A stretch of 64,000 nucleotides of DNA from Eledone cirrhosa. Lineage: Eukaryota. Shown here piece by piece: positions 28,799 to 42,703 of the stretch. Under the pieces are notes generated by a model. It made no database searches. It was not told where the DNA came from and worked only from the letters and a program-made list of their open reading frames with translations. Within the stretch, counting starts at the first letter, position 1; every line of letters begins with the position of its first letter. The DNA is taken from contig OZ024741.1 in assembly GCA_964016885.1 (NCBI GenBank), forward strand, positions 98,146,001 to 98,210,000, in the 5' to 3' direction. A program made the position numbers and the translations under genes.

Positions 28799-28800
<2 letters not shown>
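28747..28800 (+). mobile_element. Inverted pLTR fragment at the 5' side of the PLE
   Basis: cagaaatatccgtcgaaacggcgtgagctctgccgtcggggtca matches 22574-22617, in opposite orientation to the adjacent PLE ORF. Confidence 0.8.
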
Positions 28801-28861
<61 letters not shown>

Positions 28862-29416
28862 GAATTTGTGTGTGCGTATGTTTCTGGTTGTATGTGAGTG
28901 TATTTATATATTCTATTTTTTCGATGGGAAAAGGTGAGAGTACTCAATGCATGTAGAGTGCATTATTTATGTAAAGTTAATTGCTTTTCCACGCGACTTG
29001 AGTTAATGATGGTTTTCTGAACTTTGCTGCCCTGCCCCGAACATATTGCAAAGAATTCATGAAAATCTGATAAATATATATAGATAAAAAGGAAAAGGAA
29101 CAGAAAGAAACACAGTCATAATTTTAATGCAACAGACTGAAAAGAAATCATAGAATTATGCATATATTTATATATATATATACACGTGAGAGAGGGAGAG
29201 AGAGAGACATTGAATCTTTCAGATAAATATACAAACGGGCGAAATCTCTGAGTAGATATATGTGCCATATAGTATGGGCAAAATAACTGGTGAATAGATC
29301 TGCCATGTTTTACACGTACACACGCAAGGGTACGCACATGCACCCTCCCCTCCCAATACACGTGTGCACAGACGCACATCCATATTTTTTCAACCTTCCA
29401 AATTCAGCTTTTCCAA

Positions 29417-29426
29417 TCTCTCTCTA

Positions 29427-29493
<67 letters not shown>

Positions 29494-29528
29494 ATCTCTC
29501 TCTCTTCATCTCTCTCTCTTTCTCTCTA

Positions 29529-29576
<48 letters not shown>

Positions 29577-29710
29577 TTCATCTCTCTCTCTCTCGTCATC
29601 TCTCTCTCGTTCTACCTCCCCCCTCTCTATATCTCTCTCTCTGTCTCTCTCTATCTCTCTCTGTCTCTCTTTCTCTCTCGCTCTCCCTCTCTCTCTCTCA
29701 CTCTCTCTCT
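29417..29710. repeat. (CT)n microsatellite
   Basis: Direct reading. Confidence 0.95.
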
Positions 29711-31739
29711 TCAAACCTTCTATTTCCTAAAGAAGGACTTATTTATGTCCGATACGTCGAGACCCACATGAACCTAATACGACTTTGTTTTGTATTGTTT
29801 AGTCTTATACATTGTTTAGTTATATATTTATGAAGAGCTATATATATAGAGGGATAGAAAAACTACTTTACTTTGTTTGCTTTACCTTCAAATGTTTATT
29901 GATGAAATTTATACTCTGTTTCGTCTCATTAAAGCTTGCTTTGTTTCATACAATTAATGGATAATTGATTATCTTAGATCATTAAGCATACACACTAATA
30001 TCCATCCGCAGTCACGATTTAATATTTCTAAATCACATTCCTAGAAAAAAAATTAGACAACATTTAGATATACCATATACTCTCAGACATAGTTTCGTTT
30101 CCTAGAGTTATGTGTCTTGCACAAAGATTTTCACTTTCTGAAATCGAAAGCAGTGGACTTACTATCTTGTTATTATAGTTATTTGTGTTTTTATTGTTCT
30201 TTTTCACACTGTTGTATTTTGCATTCATAATTTTGTAGGCCAAACCTATAATTTAGGATATTAATGCTATAGCCACTTGATTTTTATTACTCGGTATCGA
30301 GGAGAAAATTATGTAAAATATGCTTCCTTTTAAAGAAGTGAAGTGTGTGATTCGAAAGACATTTGGCTACCATGTCTAGCAGTATAAGAAACCACATGGA
30401 GATTTGTTCAATAGATTATTGATGTTGTTGCAAGTCTTTCAGTTACAGTGTTCATTTTGCCGCTTCTGCAGCAGCATTTTTCGTATTGGTTACTAAATAA
30501 TTCGTAATCGCAAGGGTAATATAGTGGCAGATACGCAAGACCGTTGGTAACATTGTCATGCGTTATTTGCTCCGGTTCTTTGGGTCCTTATTTCAATTAC
30601 CATCTAGTTAAACTTTGCATTTCATTCCATACAATTAAGAACTGTACTAGATTTAATCGACTTTTCCCTCCTGTTCAAAACTACTGACCTTGTTCATAAA
30701 TTTGCAAATCATTATTACTTTTTAATCTGACATGGAAAGAAGTGACGTTTTGTTGCTCTGTAGAATTTGTTATTTTAACAAAAGTGAATGAAAAATCCTT
30801 TCATTTTAAATATTTTCTTCAGAGAATCCTTCTATAACATATTTGGGTATCTTCCCATAAGAAGAGAAAAAATGTTGAGTTTAATTTTTTTTACAGCATT
30901 ACATTGAGTTGCCTTGAACCTGAAAAAATGAGGCTACTACTTGAATGAGGGATATAACGCCTAAAAAAATATTTATTTGAATATACCTGGAAGCAAGAAA
31001 ATATGGAAGTTTAATCACATAGTAAAGGCAAAACATAATAATTTATAGGCTGATAACATAAATATTGAAGTCGACGCATTTAATGTTATAACAAACAACA
31101 TCAACAGCAATTATAACACTCCAATGCTTTACTCAGTCGAAAGAAAAGTCTCACACACACAATTCACCAAATGAACAAATGAATGGAGAGTTTGAATTGA
31201 GAAAAAGAAATCGTTTGCAACTTTTCCTTCTTCCATTGTAGATTTATTATCAATTCTTCTAGAATTATCTGACAGAAAACAACTCTACTGGGCTGATCTT
31301 TGTGATAAATAAAATTGCAGTATTACCTTTTTACCTTATTGAAGAGTGACAATAAAATTCCTTCACCACGAAAAGCACAGGTGCATTCCTCTTGCCATTA
31401 AATTACACTGGTCTACAATGAAATTGCTTCGAAGACCAAACCATTTGATCTCTACTAGTTTGAGGGCGTTGGGTTTGAAAGTGATTCTCACTTTTTAAGT
31501 TTACATCTTGTTTTCAAGATTTATCTCAAAGGCAGCGTTTCCGTTTTTGATGTAGTGCATATGGATATATGCGTCCCTCAAAGACAGTAGACTATGTCTT
31601 ATGTCCCATTGGAGGTACAAGAGTAAATTCATAATGGGTGGTCCTAGCGTGAAATCCTTCTGTTTTAATGAACTCTATGTGCAGAAAAATAGACCGTGTG
31701 CCGTATAAGTACAAACAATTATAAATATTATCATCATTA

Positions 31740-31740
31740 A

Positions 31741-31784
<44 letters not shown>

Positions 31785-31801
31785 GTAGTAGTAGTAGTAA
31801 C

Positions 31802-31877
<76 letters not shown>

Positions 31878-32021
31878 AGGAAGCGGCTATTTTTCGATCA
31901 TTTCATAACTGTTATTGAAATTGTGTTTTTGTATTTTACAGTTATTCCTGCTGTTGTTTTTGTTGTTGTTGTTTTTGTTGTTTTTGTTGTTGTTGTTGTT
32001 GTTGTTGTTGTTCTTCTTCTT

Positions 32022-32110
<89 letters not shown>
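31740..32110. repeat. Compound trinucleotide microsatellites (TAG/CAG; GTT/CTT/ATT)
   Basis: Direct reading. Confidence 0.9.
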
Positions 32111-32112
<2 letters not shown>

Positions 32113-33964
32113 TTTCTTATTCCTCTTTTCCCCTTCTTCCTCTTTTTTCTATTCCTCTTCTCCCTCTATCTCCGCCTTCTTTTACTTCTTCCTCAAACGT
32201 AATGTTACTCTAGTCACGAAAAAAACATCGACAGATTAAAAGATGAAGCTTCGTAAAAATTAAGATAATCTGATTTACGGATTTTAATCAAGATTATAAA
32301 AGTTTTGCGTGAATATTTTTTAAATAATGTTATCTTTTTTTATTTTATTTACAATGCATTTCTAACGTTTGTATTTTATTTAAATCTCTACTTGGAAAAA
32401 TAAGAAGCATAAAATCTCATTGGACTTTGATGACAATGTATTTCATGCTAGTTCATGATCAATGGTGGCTTGTTTATTATTAATGAGTGGTGCATTCTAG
32501 GTGATTTTAATATCGTATGAAAGCTGGAATGTGAATGGCTGAAATATAACCAACTGAGAGATCAGTAGAATGCCAATAATCGGACCCGGGGAATTGCAGG
32601 TTAAGAACACTAAAACTATTCAGTAAAGAGCAATGCGTTGCTTCCCCGGGTAGGTCAATCAGTAAAAATGGAAAACAATGAACTATTCTACCAAGATTTA
32701 AGCCATTTCCAGGCAGTGCTTTTAATTACTCCGAAGCTCAAGCAATTTAGCTTGAAATAGAAAGATGCCCCACCAATATTAACCACTACCATATATATCA
32801 TCTTTCGTTGTTGTTTTTTTCTTTTTTGTTTTGTTTTTTTAATATAATGTATCCGGAACTAGATTATTTTTAATGAACGTATTTTCTTCCATTTCCCAGT
32901 CTATATATTTTGATTTGAGTGATATTTGCGCACTACTTTTTGTAGATCAGACCACTTAGGAGTCTGCTCAAGCTCGTAGTAATATCAGCAATTTTATGGT
33001 GACTTCAGGTTAGAAACAAAAGCCAATCCATAGGCTGGCCAAACATGAGCATACCTTCAGGGTTGTCTTTACAACGGGGTAGACGACACGTATGCCCCAC
33101 ACCCCCTATCGACAATGTGACTGCCAGATCTGAGCCCTCTGATAGGGATTTTAGTTTTATCTTTTAGAGAAGTCAGATCTTTTGCATTTAACATTTGTAT
33201 GTTTAATTTCACAATTCCAATTACATGCGCCAAGCCGACTTTTATACGTAAAATTGAGGGTTTGATAAGTATTTTATTTTTAGTATGAGTACCCCACCCC
33301 ACCCCAAAAATAAATCCCTGAAGTGCTCTGCGCCCCACACGTTCTAAATCTGGTGCTCTGCATACCTTTCGCAATGTAACATTTACAATGATTTAAACTT
33401 GATATTATACTATTCTTGATTGGTCAAAAGGAAACTGTGTAACTATAAGGTTTTCAATTTAGTCGAAAGATATATCAATGTGATTGTCAAAGTAGACATG
33501 GGCTTTCTTTAAGCATCTACACTTGTCCTCAATATTTTTTTATCTATTTAAAAACAAAAATGGGGGAAGCGTGAAATTTAATGTTATATATGTTACAGAA
33601 GTAGATTGACATCAGAAGAGAAACCATGTCAATGAATTCACTCGGTATAGAATAAGACTCATTCTATTGTTATTGGTCGTTGCTGTATGTACATATTAAA
33701 ATGTTTCTATAAAAGAAATACCTCTGAAAGAGAAGATATGTTAATATTACGATGTCTTTAGGAGATTGTTCTCTCCTCAAATTTATGTTGATTTATGCAA
33801 TTTTAAGCCTCTGAGGAAACCATTTGAAATAAAAATTAATATATGTAGGGATATATGTTTTCCACTTTTTTCCATTCATGCACTGGGATAGATTTAATGG
33901 ACATTCCCCCTTCCCCGCCAAACATTGTTCACATTCTGGCAAAATCAGGAACGATTACTATCAT

Positions 33965-34192
33965 TATCGAGGACTGTTGATTGGCAGTATTGGTAGAGCA
34001 TCGGGCAACATGATGTACGACATGGAGTTACGGCCCTTTACGTTCGGAGATCAAAAATTGGCCAGGGTAACTTTGCCTTTGATTCTTATGGGATCGTAAA
34101 ATTATGTGCTAGTTACGCACTGGGTCGGTTTAATTGACATTCATATCCCCCAAAATTGCTATCCTTGTGCCTATATCAGAAATCATTATTAT
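33965..34192 (+). mobile_element. tRNA-derived SINE, older long-form copy directly upstream of a younger one
   Basis: gattggcagtattggtagagcatcgg...taactttgccttt...ccttgtgcctatatcagaaatcattattatt. Confidence 0.7.
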
Positions 34193-34196
34193 TACC

Positions 34197-34390
34197 GGTG
34201 GATTGGCAGTATCGGTAGAGGGTCGGACGCCATGATTTGACGCATTGAGTTACGGCCCTTGCCATTCTGAGTTCGAATCCCGCCGAGGTTAACTTTGCCT
34301 TTCATTCTTACGGGTCGATAAAATAAAGTACCAGTAATACACTGGGTAATTGCTGGCCTTGTGTCAAAAGTAGAAACAATTATTATTACT
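34197..34390 (+). mobile_element. Full-length tRNA-derived SINE
   Basis: Pol III A box tggcagtatcgg (34204-34215) and B box gagttcgaatcc (34269-34280), conserved body and (ATT)n tail. Confidence 0.88.
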
Positions 34391-34741
34391 ATTATATAGC
34401 TGTCGCATAGAAGGGAACAATACTAGGAATGTATTACTCTCGTGTAGACTTATCGCTGCCACCAGCTGTAGCCCAAATATATCACAAACAGCTGAAATAT
34501 CGAAAATTGAGATTCATCACAGAAACATTCTCAATAATCTGAATTCAAGTTTAAAAATTGAATTGGCGTTATCATAATATGAATTAATATCCTTCCAAAT
34601 AGAGCGAGATTATTTTCTTGCCAACGATCTCAATGTTTATTACGACACTTAAATAATGTGGAATTACGTCAAATTCAGTTCTATGATATAATAAAATATA
34701 TGATAATATAAACGTGCAATAACGTAAACATATATCAAGGG

Positions 34742-34905
34742 ACAGGCGGCGAATTGGCAGAGTCGTCAGAACGTTGGATAGAACGTTCTGTAGTATACAT
34801 TTCCGCTTTCTGCTCTTGGAGTTCAAATCCCGGTGAGGTTAAATTTGCTTTTCATCCATTCATGGTCGATAAATAAAGTACAAGTCAGGTACTACGGTCG
34901 ATTCT
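34742..34905 (+). mobile_element. tRNA-derived SINE, diverged
   Basis: ggcggcgaattggcagagtcg...gagttcaaatcccggtgaggttaaatttgcttttcatcc...gtcgataaataaagtac. Confidence 0.75.
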
Positions 34906-35448
34906 TCCTTTATATCAATTTCAGTCTCCACCAGATTTAAACACAAAATTCCCTAGAAACGCTGTTTGTCAATATGGCACATCTACAACTCCTCAGGAGT
35001 CCATACAATATCATTGGATACATTATAAAAATATGTGTTGTGTGTAATTTTCCTGAACATAGATCTATGTTTCTAGCCGCCGAGAGGTTATGACAACGGA
35101 TATACACGTCCATTATATTCAACAGCTGATATAAAAGGAACAATTTTATAAATAATCTATTGGTGAGTGTCAAACAAAATACTCTGCCTAAATCTTAACG
35201 TGCTCTATGTCTCTCTCATTACAATAACCATGAGGTCAAACATAAGGTGATTTGGTGCACACGAGGTGCAAAGAAACAGTAGTTAAGAAACAACGCCATG
35301 TATTTAAGTATGCCATAGTGACCCTGATGGACCCTAGTTACGCACGCAGGATATATGAACTCTTCCTACACTTCTGTGAGATCTCAGCAATATTGTTGAC
35401 ATCCATAATCAGTGTCTGTGTATTTCGTCCAATTCTCTTGTCCCTATT

Positions 35449-35537
<89 letters not shown>

Positions 35538-35860
35538 TTCTTTCTTTCTCTCTCTCTTTCTCTCTCCCCCTCTCTCTCTCTATTTTCCTCTGTCTGTCTT
35601 ACCCCAATTATATATATATATATAAATATATAAATATATATATATATATATATTGTTATACTTGGGGAGGGTCATATTTGTGTAATATTGCCAGAATTAA
35701 TAACAGAACTCACTCACTGTTTGGTTGGTTTTCGCTTCTCGCTTCTGTGTCTTTTATATCGGTAATCTAACTTACTCGGTCCTCAATGTTGCCATTGACT
35801 GACCGACGGTCAAAAATAATACAGATACAATATAGACACAAACACATATATATAGTTTAT

Positions 35861-35900
35861 CATAAATCTTTCGTTGCACATCTGCAACATCGTCAGTGGT
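35861..35900 (-). ncRNA. Degenerate hammerhead downstream of the PLE GIY-YIG ORF
   Basis: Minus strand: acca-CTGACGA-t-gttgca-gatg-tgcaac-GAAA-ga-TT-tatg. Core and stem II intact; stems I and III damaged. Confidence 0.55.
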
Positions 35901-36124
35901 GTTATATCTTCCTCCTGTTGTATTGTATGTCTACGCCATTTTTATTCAGTCTGTCTATATATTTATTTATTTATTTGCTTGTTTGTTTATTTTATTTTGT
36001 CTTCTTTGCGCATGCGTTTGCGTGTGTGTATAGTGTTTTGTTGACTAGTGTGTGTTTATGTGCTTGTTGTTATTGTGCTTGTGTATGTGTTTATTTGTTT
36101 ATTTATTTTATTTTATTTACTTAT

Positions 36125-36448
36125 TTATACTTCTCTTAGGTCAGTGTTGTTTGTTTGGGTGTTGTTGTTATTCCATTCATTCTTCGTGTTTAGCCTTGGT
36201 CTTCTAATTTCTATTTCACTGGCCTCTCTGATTTGCCTATCTGCTGGGTCATTTCTATGTTCAGATATTATTCTAATTTCTATGTTGTCTATGTTACCGT
36301 CATGTTGTTGTCTAGCATGTTCGTATAGTACTGACCCGTTTTTTCGTCCTTTTAGTTCCCCCCAGTGTTGGTCTATCCTTTTACCTATGCTACGAGCTGT
36401 CTCACCTATGTATGTTGTTGTCATGTTTCTGCAAAAAACCTCGCAAAA
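36125..36448 (-). mobile_element. Penelope-like GIY-YIG endonuclease C-terminal fragment (second PLE family)
   Basis: C..TTTYIGETARSIGKRIDQH...SVLYEH...H...RQIREASEI...PRLNTKNEW. Confidence 0.88.
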
Positions 36449-36479
<31 letters not shown>

Positions 36480-36480
<1 letters not shown>

Positions 36481-36565
36481 ACGAAGGAAATGTGGTAAGG
36501 AACCAGGTGGACCATAACGCACCAAAGTACTAAATACTTAGGGTAGTAGAGTGGGTAATACTCGT
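36480..36565 (-). mobile_element. PLE pLTR family fragment embedded in (TA)n
   Basis: gtggtaaggaaccaggtggaccataacgcaccaaagtactaaatacttagggtag matches 62359-62413. Confidence 0.8.
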
Positions 36566-36566
36566 T

Positions 36567-36639
<73 letters not shown>

Positions 36640-36729
36640 TTATATATATATATATATAAATGGGGTAAGACAGAAAAGAGGAAGAGAGAGAGAGAGAGGG
36701 GGAGAGAGAGAGAGAGAATGGGAGAGAGT

Positions 36730-36774
<45 letters not shown>

Positions 36775-36859
36775 AGAGAGTGAGACAGAGAGAGGGGGGG
36801 AGAGAGACAGATAGACAGACACACAGACAGAGAGAATTCGGTTTTAGCTTCAAGCGAAA

Positions 36860-37345
36860 ACACCCGGGGCTATCATCGCCTGGTGGTGTCCAAGCAGAAA
36901 CAAGAGGGACAACCGTCGATGCGCATTTCGAACTGAACTGATTCTCATCTGGACGATCCCTCCCCTTTTGCCACTGTTGGACTTTGGAAACTGCCGAGAA
37001 TATATAGGTTTCTCGTCTGTGTAAACGAGGTGATTAATCTCAGTTGCATATAGATACGGCTTTCTAAATGTTTATTATAAACATACCGTATTTGTTTAGA
37101 AATAGGAAATTCCAATACATATACAGCCATGCCTGAAGCTGAATCCTAATTCTATTCTATTATAAGTTGAGCCAATTTATTCAGCTTCATATGCAAATTA
37201 GATTAATCACCTCATTTACACAGACGAGGAAACTATACATTCTCGCCTCTTTTCAAAGTCCAGCAGTGGCAAGAGGGATCGTCCTGATGAGAACCTATTC
37301 AGTTCGAAATGCACCACCAGGCGGTGATAGCTGCGGTTGTTTTTG
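36860..37345. repeat. Imperfect inverted repeat with a hammerhead remnant in each arm
   Basis: 36868-37060 vs 37183-37331 (gctatcatcgcctggtggtg / caccaccaggcggtgatagc; ctcgtctgtgtaaa / tttacacagacgag). Confidence 0.85.
36912..36957 (-). ncRNA. Minimal type I hammerhead, U4A mutation
   Basis: Minus strand: atcgtc-CAGATGA-gaa...ttc-GAAA-tgcgca-TC-gacggt. The plus-arm copy (37278-37313) has intact CTGATGA but has lost the cleavage site and 3' stem I. Confidence 0.7.
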
Positions 37346-37861
37346 CATAGTTAGGGCTATCTAAATTTTTAGTATAAACATACGGTATTTCTTTAGAAAT
37401 ACGGAGGTCATACATTTTCCTATATATTATATATGTATATATATGTATATATATATTATATATATATATATATATTATATATATATACTAGACCTGAAAA
37501 ATGCGCAAGCTCAAAAGAGCCACAGAATGTTATAATGAACCTTCAAAGGTGTGGGAGTAGAGTTGATGCTCAAAAATATTGTAATCATTATCTGTCGTAC
37601 ATTCTGTGGCATCTTTTTATAAAAAAGAGACTCATAACGAACTCAAGACGACACGATAATTATTTAAATGAATTTTTAATATAGAATTCGGTTTAAGCGC
37701 ATTTCGTATTAATCATTACTAAACATCTAATATGAGATATTGAGCATTAGCTTAAACCAACCACGCCTTTCTTTTTACACTATTTCACTTAGTTCATTCT
37801 TAGAGTATAACATATAAAAATATGATTTTACAATTATAAAATAAATTAATTATTATAATAA

Positions 37862-37949
37862 CAGGGCTGCGGAGCTGAAATTTAGGAAATAATGGAGTAT
37901 CGGATCCTGAGTTGGAGCCAGTCAATTTTGGGCCGACATCGCAGCCCTG
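37862..37949. mobile_element. Tiny hAT-like MITE nested in the larger element
   Basis: TIRs cagggctgcg / cgcagccctg; near 8-bp TSD tataataa / tataatac. Confidence 0.65.
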
Positions 37950-38304
37950 TATAATACATTTCATATTGAAGTTATTAATAAACCTATTTTACACTGCATG
38001 CAAATTACCATGAGATCATGATATTAGATATAAGATACAGCCGAATCTCTACATCTGTAAAAGTACGAAAGCGAAGTAATGATAAGTGGCTTAAGGTAAA
38101 TTCCAATATGAAAGTTTGCAGTGATAAAAATTTGATGACACAATACGATTGTTAATGTTATAGTTCGATGAAAATGTATCAATATATAACTAAATTATTT
38201 TAATATTAGTATATTTATAAAATTATCATTATAGATTTGATCGTTCATATAAGCATCATATTAATTTTCAACACAATTATTTTGTTACTATGAGTATATG
38301 ATAA

Positions 38305-38397
38305 TAATGGTTTCTACTTTTGGCACAAGGCCAGCAATTACCCAGTGCATTACTGGTACTTTATTCTATCGACCTCGGAAGGATGAAAGGCAAAGTA
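38305..38397 (-). mobile_element. SINE 3' half
   Basis: tttctacttttggcacaaggccagcaattacccagtgcattactggtac...gatgaaaggcaaagt. Confidence 0.85.
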
Positions 38398-38658
38398 TAT
38401 GATAATAATCTTACGTAATTATTTATAGCTGTTATTACATTAAACATAGATTTATTTATTGTGATATTTTTATATAAGGATGCCACAGAATGTACGATAG
38501 ATAATGATTACAATATTTTTGAGAAACAACTATAGTCCCACACTTTTGAAGTTTTATTATAACATTCTGTGGCTCTTTTGAGCTTGCACATTTTTCAAGT
38601 CTAGTTTAATATTTTTTAAGGCAACGCTTGTAATAACTCTAGTTAAACATGATATATA

Positions 38659-39335
38659 TTAATAATAAATTATCGTTGTAAGAGCACACGGAAAATTGCG
38701 CATACCAACGGATCTGGAGAACACACTCTGCACGTGAATATGTGCCTCCTTGCGAAGATTGGTGTCGATTATCGTCTTTTTATACAAACTTAACAAATCT
38801 GTGCACCAATGATGCTGCATCCGGAAGTGAAGCATTTTTTCTAGTTTCCTTATTCGATGCAAAGACCGCTTATGAAGAAGATTTTTGTTTTTATAGTAAG
38901 CTTTCTGATAAGACTGTATATTATCTTTATTGACAATTCTATACACAGCCTTTCTCTGCAATACTTTATCTCGCTTCGCAGATCTGTACTCGGCCTGCTT
39001 TTTAGCCAACTCGGTACGTTTCCTAGCACTACGCTTAGCTTGTTTTTTTTAGATATAACGACTGAATTTGCAGATCTATACTCGGCCTGCTTGTTTGCCA
39101 AGTCATGCCGTTTTGAAGATCTATGCTCGGCCTGTTTTTGCTTTATTTTAGTCGAATTCGCAGCTCTATAATCGGCCTGTTTTTGTCTCAACTTCTCCCG
39201 ATTCCGCATCCGGTAAGCTGCTTTCGCGTCCAATTTAATACGCCTGTCTGGTAGATTATTGTCACAGCAAGGCGAACAAGCTTGTGGGACCGCATGATTG
39301 TAAGAAGATGAACTGCCCGCAACATCAAGACCCAA
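38659..39335 (-). pseudogene. Frameshifted ORF with about 15-aa KQAEYR repeats, probably from a DNA transposon (Helitron/Polinton-like)
   Basis: ORFs 38850..39335 and 38659..39009 join through a frameshift in the A-run near 39045: KQADYR/KQAEHR/KQAEYR/KQAEYR/RKAVYR/YQKAYY. Family assignment is inference. Confidence 0.5.
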
Positions 39336-41225
39336 TTCATAAGTCCGTCACTGCTCATTCACATCGGCAGTGGGGACACCAAAATCGGTGACGGGTCCCG
39401 ATTCACTTGTGGGATACATCACGAAACTGCAAATAAATACTTATTAGTAGCTTAAATAAATACAAAATAAGAGGGAATAACATTTGTCATACTTATGTTC
39501 AGATATAAATACGCCAATTTGCGATCGAATATATTAATAACATCAAAAATGTTTAAACGCACGTGACACCTGTAGTTCACTATCATAGTAAACTAAGTAC
39601 CTTAAATTAAAAATTGATATTTTTGCGCACAAATTTCAAAAATATGAAATTTTACAATTACAAGGTTATTTTAGAACACAATTTTACAATTAAAAAGTTA
39701 TTTTAGATCAAAATTACAAAACTTTACAATTACAAAGTTCTTTTTGAATCAAAATTACAAAGTTTACAATCATAATATGACTGCCAGATCACTATAAATT
39801 ATCAATTTATTATTGAATATACTCTATCTTGGAGTGTTTTAAAATTTTTTACAAACAAAAGTTTACAAACTTTTGTAAAAACGATAGTTTTAAAAATATT
39901 TGTACAAAATTTTACAAACAAAATTTAATAATCATTATTTTTACAAATTTTTACAAACAAAGTTTTTAGAAAAAATATTCTTACAAATGTTTACAAAGAA
40001 AGTGCAGTTTGTATTACAATCCGAACCCTGCCTATATTCCATTACACTATGTAAAGAGGAAAAAGATACAAAGATATTAAATAAATATATTTTACATAAT
40101 AATTGTTATAGTTGAATTAATAAAAATTAAATATTACATACAAATAGTCTAACATAATAATAAAAAAAATAATCTAACATAATAATAATAAAATAAGTTA
40201 ACATAAAACGAACAATAATATGGACATATATACAAGTAAATATGATAAAACCAATATTCTAAGCATCTTATAACGAAAATAAAATAGTTAATATTAATTG
40301 AAAAAATTATATATAAATTAACGATATAACTTACCAAAACGAGAAAAATATGTTGATGATAAAGCGACAAAATACAGGAGAGAGGTTCGAAAGCGAATCG
40401 ATAAATAAACGTGCAAACAAAACGCTTTTGAGCAACAATTACTCTCGTTGGTTGATTAGCCAATAAGACGATGAAATTAGCCAATAAGAAGATACATTAC
40501 AAAACATGTTTGGAAGGAATCGCCCTTGAATATTTTATTCACAAGCTTATATTGTCAGACATGCAGACTTAAAACATTCTGTTGTTAGTCACTGCGTGTT
40601 TAACAGATATATGTATATATATATATATATATATCACCATACACTATGCCTACTGTGGAGAATATACATTTCTCTCGGGTACCAAACTGCATTTTCTATG
40701 TAAATCAAATATTTCGATCAACGATTCCTATTAGAGTTGTTGCCCTTGTTTTTGCTTTTAGATCGTCGCCGCTTTGGGGATTTTCCCTCTACTAATTACC
40801 TGAATAACCTTAGTTCATTGAAGTCTTTTGACTCACTAGTTTACACATGTGGGTTCATCGTCTTTTGGTATTGATTAATTAATACTTTCTTTCCGTTAGT
40901 TTTGATATTTAAGAACGGATATTTATTGTCACATAATATTTCTATATATCGTGTACTCTTCTTCTATTCCCTCTCAAGGGATTATGAATGATTTCACTTA
41001 TTTATGCAGTTAAGCATGAGTATGTATTAAATGTATATATGTTTATGTCTATATGCATATGTTTATATTCACGTGTATGCTTAATGCAAGTGACTCTGAA
41101 TGTCATCATGCGAATCTATATATAAGTTTATTCATGTCAATTTCTATGAAGGTGTATGTGCATCAATCTGCATGTGTATTTGCTGGGCATAAGGATATTT
41201 CTGCTTCTGTTTGTGTGATTCTATG

Positions 41226-41258
<33 letters not shown>

Positions 41259-42703
41259 GAATATATAGGTATAAGTGTTTGTGTGAAGATGTATGGACAA
41301 TCAATATATGTATGCCTGCGCCTGTGCAAATGTTAAGGAAACTAAATATCTATTAATGTCTCCATTTGGGAATCTGAAAATGTTAGCATATACATAAGAT
41401 GTGATTCTGGAGTAATTTTCTAATCAATTTCTATTCTATTTGGTTGTGTTGTTGTCAGTTTTATCACATAGATCTGAAATAATCTCACTGACCTTACAAT
41501 ATTTTCCACGACATTTGAAATTTACTTCCACTGCCAGAACAAAGGCCATTTACAGAATTTCAATTTAAATACACATTGAAATTTTTCTAAATGATTTTTC
41601 TTGCTTTCTTTTCTACTATATATTATTTTATGTCATTCTAGAATATTCTAAACCTAATATTAATATTTCTTCAGAATATACTTTTATTTTTTATTGTCTG
41701 TTGAATGTAGTTTTCTCATCATTTCGTTCTGAAAGAAACTGAGGCTGATGATGATCGCTCGAAAATGATATTTCGGCTGTTGATGATGATGATGATGATG
41801 ATGATGACGAATACGACGCCGACGACTATCAGTATAATGATGATGATGATTATGACGATGATCATCATCATAATTATAGTCATCATGATCACGATCATCG
41901 TAAAAATGCGGATGATTATAATGTCATTACTGTCAGTGTTAAAAACCAATAATGCATCCCCCCAAATTAATTGTAATATTTTTTTTTATACGGGATTGTT
42001 TATTTTGTTCGTTTGTCCTTTGTTTTCCTTTCAGTTTCTTGTTGTTTTTTCTTCTATGATTTGCATTTTCTAGTATTTTTTTTTTTCTTTAATATTCTTC
42101 TATGAATTTGTACAAAATCGTGTAGAGAAGACTGAGTATGAAATTACATTTGATTTTGAAAATGACATATAATTAATCTTAGTAGACGGTCAATATCACT
42201 GAATTAGTTTGCTGCTTTAGCACATTGTCTCATTCCATGACATATTTCTTCACGTCATGCAGACACACAGACGCGCATTCACTAACAGACATATACATAT
42301 ATATATACTCTCTCACTCTCTCTTTCACACACCCACATACAAGCAAACAAAAATGATGATATTATTAAGCTATTTTCATTAGTCCATAGTAGGGGAAGAT
42401 GATGCAGAAAATACAATAAATAATATGACTCCTACATATATGAATTCTGGCGCGTAAACACATTTACAATACACACATACATACATACAAACACACATAC
42501 ATACATACATAATACATACATACATAATGCATACATACATGCGTACATACATACATACTTACGTACGTATGTCCATACAAACACATACATACATACATGC
42601 ATACATACATACATACATACATACATACATACATACATACATACATACATACATACATACATACATACATACAGCATGCATACATACATACATACATACA
42701 TAC

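Larger units (their letters stand above)
37488..38604. mobile_element. 1.1-kb element with inverted arms of about 135 bp ending in CTAG (MITE, or two opposed Helitron 3' ends)
   Basis: ctagacctgaaaaatgcgcaagctcaaaagagccacagaatg... is inverted at ...cattctgtggctcttttgagcttgcacatttttcaagtctag. Confidence 0.75.

Noticed and set aside
34197-34290. tRNA gene
   Set aside because: A and B boxes are present, but there is no cloverleaf and it continues into a multi-copy SINE body.
41741-41775. CTGATGA...GAAA hammerhead-like string
   Set aside because: It sits at the edge of a (GAT)n tract with very weak stems; likely chance.
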